Shown here in pieces: positions 58,141-64,000 of a DNA stretch of 64,000 nt. The stretch lies in contig JAQGDQ010001081.1 of assembly GCA_030141605.1 (NCBI GenBank), positions 1 through 64,000 on the forward strand. The letters are read 5' to 3'. Each line of letters begins with the position of its first letter. Positions within the stretch are counted from its first letter, which is position 1. A program made the translations under genes and the position numbers. Source of the stretch: Tubiluchus corallicola (taxonomy: Eukaryota > Animalia > Priapulida). A model generated the notes under the pieces. The model ran no database searches, was not told the DNA's origin, and was given only the letters and a program-made list of their open reading frames with translations.

Positions 58141-61100
58141 TACGGTTAATTTATTTTTTTATTTTTTAGAGTATTTAAATTTTAGTAAACGGCAAAGCCG
58201 GGTGAATAGGGAAAAAATCTATAAAATTAGTTATAAAGCTCATACTGCATGTACTGTCTACCAATGACTCTATATTATTGTGGTGAAGTCCTGATGATGA
58301 ATCAGTATTGCAGAGCAGAACTTTGCAATACGAAAGCCATAACAAATTGTGGGAAACTTTAACCATAATATTATTACTTTTTAAAATTAAAAAATTTTCT
58401 TATTTAGCTTCCGTCTTTGTACTATAGGGAGTCGGGAAATGGCAGGCTAGCCCCACTGTACTTAAAAGTTATCGCAAGTAGACATAAATCCATTTTTTCA
58501 TATTTTTATCATTACAGTATTATGCTTAAAGTGTTTTTACATTTCTGTCATGTCATTGTCATAAATAAAAAATAACGAAGTTCTTGAAGAAATCAGTCAT
58601 GACACCATTCCCATTGAGAAAAAACGTGAGTTCGATCCCCCTGCAATTTATGACTCTCTAAGCTACGAATAATATATTATCCTGGTAGCCATGGCAGCTG
58701 TAAACCGAAGGTGTATCTACTGATGACACAAAAAATAATCGTAGTGGAAACTTTTATTGCACAAGCCTAAAAGTGGGCCAGATGTGGTTATTTAGTAGCT
58801 GGCAGTTGAGTGACTTATCCTCAGTAAAACCTAACAAGTTTTTCCAGTTACAAGAACTAAAAATAAGGCTATTCACCCCAAAATGCGGCGTTAATAGGGA
58901 CACAGGTTTGTAAGTAAAAAACAATGGATGATATTTTTATCATAAAAACAATACCTTCAAAAGATAGGTTGTGTATGTAGCCATATAGCTACCAAAACAA
59001 TTTAGAATAAAAAAAACTAAATAAAACAAAAACGTTACGGCAGTCTGAGTGTAAAAGTTGTCTCTATTTACCCCGTTCTACGGTCCCTTATCTTATGTAT
59101 CTTATAGTTCAGCGTGCTGAGATTTTGGATAATATGGTGCGCTATACATTTACATTTTACATTACATTAATTACGAACAAACAAACAAATAATTAGCTGT
59201 ATAACTGCTAATTTTTGATATTTATAGTTGAACCTTGATGTTACAGTTCTTCGATGTGATATTGTTAAATTGTTCACAATCACCGCAGTTATAATAGCTA
59301 CGCAAGGTGCATTGAATAACCGCCTAATCGGCAAAACAACACAATAAAATCAATTCGTACCTTCACATATTGCTATCCTCCTTTTTACATTTTCTCCACT
59401 TCTTTCAATTTTATTCTACATGGCTTCTAAATGTAGGCTCGTTCACTATCTGAAGCTCAGTTCAATATTTCCTATTCTTGCTTAATGCTGTCAGGAAACC
59501 GACGTGCGCACTGCCAGTCTTGTCTACAGCGCAGAAACGTCCTACATATTTTATAGATTTAATTCACCGCTCCTATTCAGATAAGAATTGCAGCAATAGG
59601 CACATTTTCAAAGAGTCTTACGTATTGCACAAGGCGAATGTGTTAACATAAAAACACATTTCTTAAATTAACAGAAAGTGTAACGTCTAGCATAACAGCC
59701 ATACAGTTATAGCATGTACACACACAGTAAGTAGACAGACGACAGGCAACCAGACTTAAACAAGAGAAAAATTGAAAACACTAGCCACAGCCTAAATTAT
59801 TTAATCAAAAAATCTCACAAAGTTTTCTGAGCTTCGCAATTTCGTTTACTTGAATATTCTTATAGTACAACAGGCAGTTTTTTCAAGTTCGACTCGTCAC
59901 GTTCCATCGTTGAAGTAATTAAGTTTAACAGAAGTTTACAATCAGGTGCAAAAGCAATAATACAAATAACAATATCTTTAGCAGTTTTTTTGGCAAATTG
60001 GCCATATGTAATAAAAGTTTTAGTTCGTGAGATTTTGGGTAGAATACTGTGACCGAAAAGTTTGACTATACGATGCGTCCAGTAAAGATACTTGTCATTC
60101 TTGGATTGTGGCTTGTTAAAATTGCTAACCTATATTTATCTCAATAGAAAAACAGGTAATGGCTCCACTAAGACATGATAGAACAAATTATAAAAATAAT
60201 TTGATGGATGTATCTCAGTAGGTTATCCTGAAATTGTTCCTTTTTATTTATTTGATCATATCACAGCTTCTTGCCATTAAAATTTAATTCAAAAAATTAA
60301 CTTAGAGTGCTTTCAGTGTCTTCTGGCATGTAAATTTGCAGATGTAGTAAATGTACACATTGAAGACGTTTACTGACGTTAAATGACTGATGCTGAATCG
60401 CGATGCAGCCTCAGAATTCTGACATTTCACACATGACCTATTTCAATGATTTCGTCCCATTTAGTTCGACAACGTCGTGCAATTAAGTAACCTCGCCGAC
60501 AAGTCGATACATATAAGTGTATGTACACATGCGCTATTTACCCAGAGGTCATAATTTGTAGTGATGATATTGGAAACTATATAGGCACCATTAATCAAAT
60601 CATGTCTTCAGTTTAGCGATCTTTAAATGACCTTGGCTTGTTTAATATTACAAAGAAAAATACTCGTAGAAATAAATGTTAGGTTATTTGCATGTACAGC
60701 TTGCACAGTTAGGTAAAAGTATAAATTACGTTACAATCAATTAGTACCGTTGTAATAAGCTGAATTTTTAAGAAAACTAATCCTGTTGTCTAACCATTTC
60801 TTTTTATTGGTACAATTATTTTAGTGCCGCCTATGTACATTAATTAAAGCTGATCAAAACAAATTAACAGATGACTGGAGTACAAAACTGGAACGTGATC
60901 AGTTTGTCAGCTACTGATTAAACCAAACTAACTAAACATTGGTGGACCAATGTTTCCATGGAACCAGAGCGACACCACACAGCAAGCATCAAGCATGTAA
61001 CGAAACAACTAACTAAAATAATAACAAATATATTAGCTGCATATGACCTCTCTCTTCCCGTAATGATATTTTTAAGTGTTGTGCTTTCAACTATTTGGAA

Positions 61101-61530
61101 AAAATTGTAATCTGAATGATAAAACACAGGATATTACATAAGAAATCTTGTTGCGGCAGAGGTGCAGTGATTTCCAATACCTGGATGCGTACATCAATAC
61201 ATTTCTTAATTGTCTTTGTGTGCTTAGCACGATTCACAAATCATATTAGGCTTCTGCATGCATATAAACCCACGTTACACGAGATAACCATTATCTGTAG
61301 GTTCCACTAACACGCAGCTTCTCTCTGGTTCTCTAGTTTTGCTATTGATCACCAATTATGACGGCTAATTAACGACAAAAATTAATTGGCATTATTGCGT
61401 TTTATTGTACGGTACTAGCGCAGTGAGTGATTTTATTAGAAGCAAACTGGAAAGCATGTAGGAAAAGGTGGGATTGCGGGAGAAAGAAAAGAAAGACGGA
61501 GGAGGGGGAAGGAAGCGGTGTGAAAAAGGG

Positions 61531-61533
<3 letters not shown>

Positions 61534-61563
<30 letters not shown>

Positions 61564-61607
61564 TGTATGTATGTATGTATGTATGTATGTATGTATGTAT
61601 GTATGTA
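61534..61607. repeat. (ATGT)n tetranucleotide microsatellite
   Basis: Direct reading, about 18 units. Confidence 0.97.
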
Positions 61608-64000
61608 TATATAGAGAGAGAATTTTACTCACTTCTATAATGACACGTTGTGTACTACTAAATATAAAATTGGCAAAGGCAAATTACTTTAGCGCTTCAC
61701 TTTTTATCTTGGCGTAATCGTTAGCTGCTATGATTCACGATTGTATTAGATCCTGAGCCTTCGCTGATTGCTGCAGACAATGCGCATGCATCAGATATGG
61801 GGCTGGGCTATATAGCTTATATAATCTTTGATAAGAATAACAGACAAGAGGCGATAATGTATAGGACATACGCATGTCATGTGCACGTTAAGATGAAGGC
61901 AGTGAATTGTAAAAAAATATTTAAACTACGCCATGCTTAAAAGTACGTGTACTATAAGTTACATAATTATAGATCTACAACAAGTGCCTCTTTGGCTAAA
62001 TGTCCTTAGAACCAAAACCGAGAGAGAGTGCTTCGGAATTTTCGTTATCAGTTTCAGCAAACCATCCAAAAGGTCCTGTAACACGGAAATGTTTAGTTTG
62101 TCAACATGTTTATTTTCATGGTTAAATTCTACGTACAGAATCTATAAGACATTGCATTAACCCCAGATTTGATTCATGAGTTTGTAACAAATTCGAGTTA
62201 GATGAAGTGGGTTAAACGAGAGACAAAGGTATAGATAATTGGAGTTTTCAATGGAAGTTGGAGCTGTGTGCCGCTAGATGCTACGATGTTATACAGGCAA
62301 AATCCAGTTTCGCCTCACGCCATGGATGAAAAAGGCAGTTTGTGATTAAAACAAGTAAATCTTCCAGTCTTATAGAATCGTCCAGTTAAAGCAATAATCT
62401 CCTTTATAGATGTACCCTGATGTTGAATTAAGAATTGAACACATTATCAATTCCCTTACCATTGACTGCTTGGCAGCTTGTAAGGGACAAAGAACAACGA
62501 AACAACACCGGAAAACAAAACGCAATGAAATATCGAACACTCGTAGAAAATAAATCCCAGCACAATTTAATACGCTGAAACCTGCATCACTTAGGGTTTT
62601 AGCAAAGTATAACACACATTGCGAATTGGCGGTCGCCTGTTTCAAATCAATGGTTTCAATATTGTGTGAAGCAATGCTGTGCTAATAATTATGCAGATTA
62701 ATTTTGTTGTATGTACACAGTCATCGTGACTCATCATGTACTGAGAATAAGCGATATGATGTTTGGGCATTTCACTAATAGCTCATCCCTCTGAGTTTCT
62801 TTGCTTGGATGATTCATTCTGAGTGGGCCCCTTTCCCATGAGATTCCACAAGCGTCAAAGCAAAAATTGTACAAACTGCCAATCTGAGAGGCTAACATTG
62901 ATAATTTTACACCGTATTTGTAATTTGTTTAAAGTTGATTCACTAAATATGAATGTAATTACACAGGATAGCTTGTGGTCGTATATTAACATAATTAACG
63001 CCATTATTGGGTTAAATAAACTACGGCATGTACAGAACTCAATTTCTTGAGGCCGCTTTTCAATGACTACGCCCCGTAATTTTCAAAAATACCCAGTAGC
63101 ATAGACACAATATGTTTTTAAACACTGTTGAATTCACTAACAAACAGTCTCATGGAGATACATGCATGTACTATACATATATGATATATACTGAAACGTT
63201 ACATTGAAGGACGAATGAAACCCCTTTTTTCGATAGAAGAGTCAAAAATTCTATCATTGAATTACACTTCGTTGAACCGGTTTTTTCTTGGAATTTCCCA
63301 AAATATCTATACGCGCTGACGAAAGATGACAAATAACATGAGCGGATGATCCTTCTACAACGAGAAATATGTAATTCATACTATTTACAATTGTAAAGTC
63401 GCAAATGTTATTTTATTGTCAACATAGCGTTTCAATCGAATGTACAATATTGTCAAATATTACAATAATCAAACGATTCCATAGAAAGGGCGCTTAGGCC
63501 TATTCTCAAACGCTGCATTTGCTAACAGCCTGACGCGAGCTGCACTTTAAATCGAAATAAATCTTTCACGATGGAAGAAACTGGCTTCGTTGCGATGACT
63601 CACTGCAACTGTCTTTCTTTCTCTTAATAATTTATGAACTGGAGTGCTATAAAATTAAGTGGCTGTCAGCGGGATATGACAGGAAGAAAATTTGTCTTGA
63701 TTCTCTATATGGGTTTACAGACTGAAATTGTCCACAATAGATATAAATATTTGGGTTTACGGACTGAAAATATGGCACCCAGATAGACAGAATTAAAATT
63801 ACGTCGGAGACTTGTTTTGTGCTAGTGCATACATTTCTATAATTAGTATCCATTCACAAGGAATTATAGTTAGTCTTTGTCTCTAGAAGTTAGTAAAAGT
63901 CACTATTCCCTGCTTAGACGAAAAACACAAGGCTCCAAAGAGTTACTAGAGGAAAAGTTTCTGTGTTATCACCTATCTCGACATCGTTCAGTTATTCGTC

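Noticed and set aside
58715-58785. Hammerhead-ribozyme-like CTGATGA...GAAAC with a stem III (cttttta/taaaag-like pairing)
   Set aside because: Cleavage triplet would be GUG (not NUH), stem II is weak and stem I does not pair.
62720-63610. AP-1/CRE-like words (TGACTCA) as a promoter
   Set aside because: The number of 7-mers is compatible with chance, and there is no TSS evidence.

Overview
AT-rich, intron-containing animal (probably marine invertebrate) genomic DNA. Three protein-coding genes are supported. (1) The 3' 17 exons of a TBC1D9/TBC1D8-family Rab-GAP (+, 1509-12724). Its expected upstream exons are absent, and a near-perfect 1.28-kb inverted copy of the gene's own TBC-domain region sits at 1-1277 (rc of 3394-4670). 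(2) A 6-exon orphan-looking gene (+, 19019-36684, ~1605 aa) with a small helical N-domain and a 4.1-kb last exon encoding a disordered tail. Its third intron holds a near full-length, decayed CR1/L2-group LINE (-, ~23610-29731) with an esterase-type ORF1, a long hydrophobic ORF, and a degenerate 2A-like ...NPGP motif just before the APE-RT. (3) A convergent gene with one visible coding exon (-, 39927-41492, 521 aa, disordered, DSGFES degron). The right 22 kb has no recognisable genes, only MITE/foldback elements, a Helentron-associated (HINE-like) element with 149-bp tandem repeats, an L2 remnant and microsatellites. All exon models were derived by hand from splice signals and reading-frame continuity; no database searches were run.
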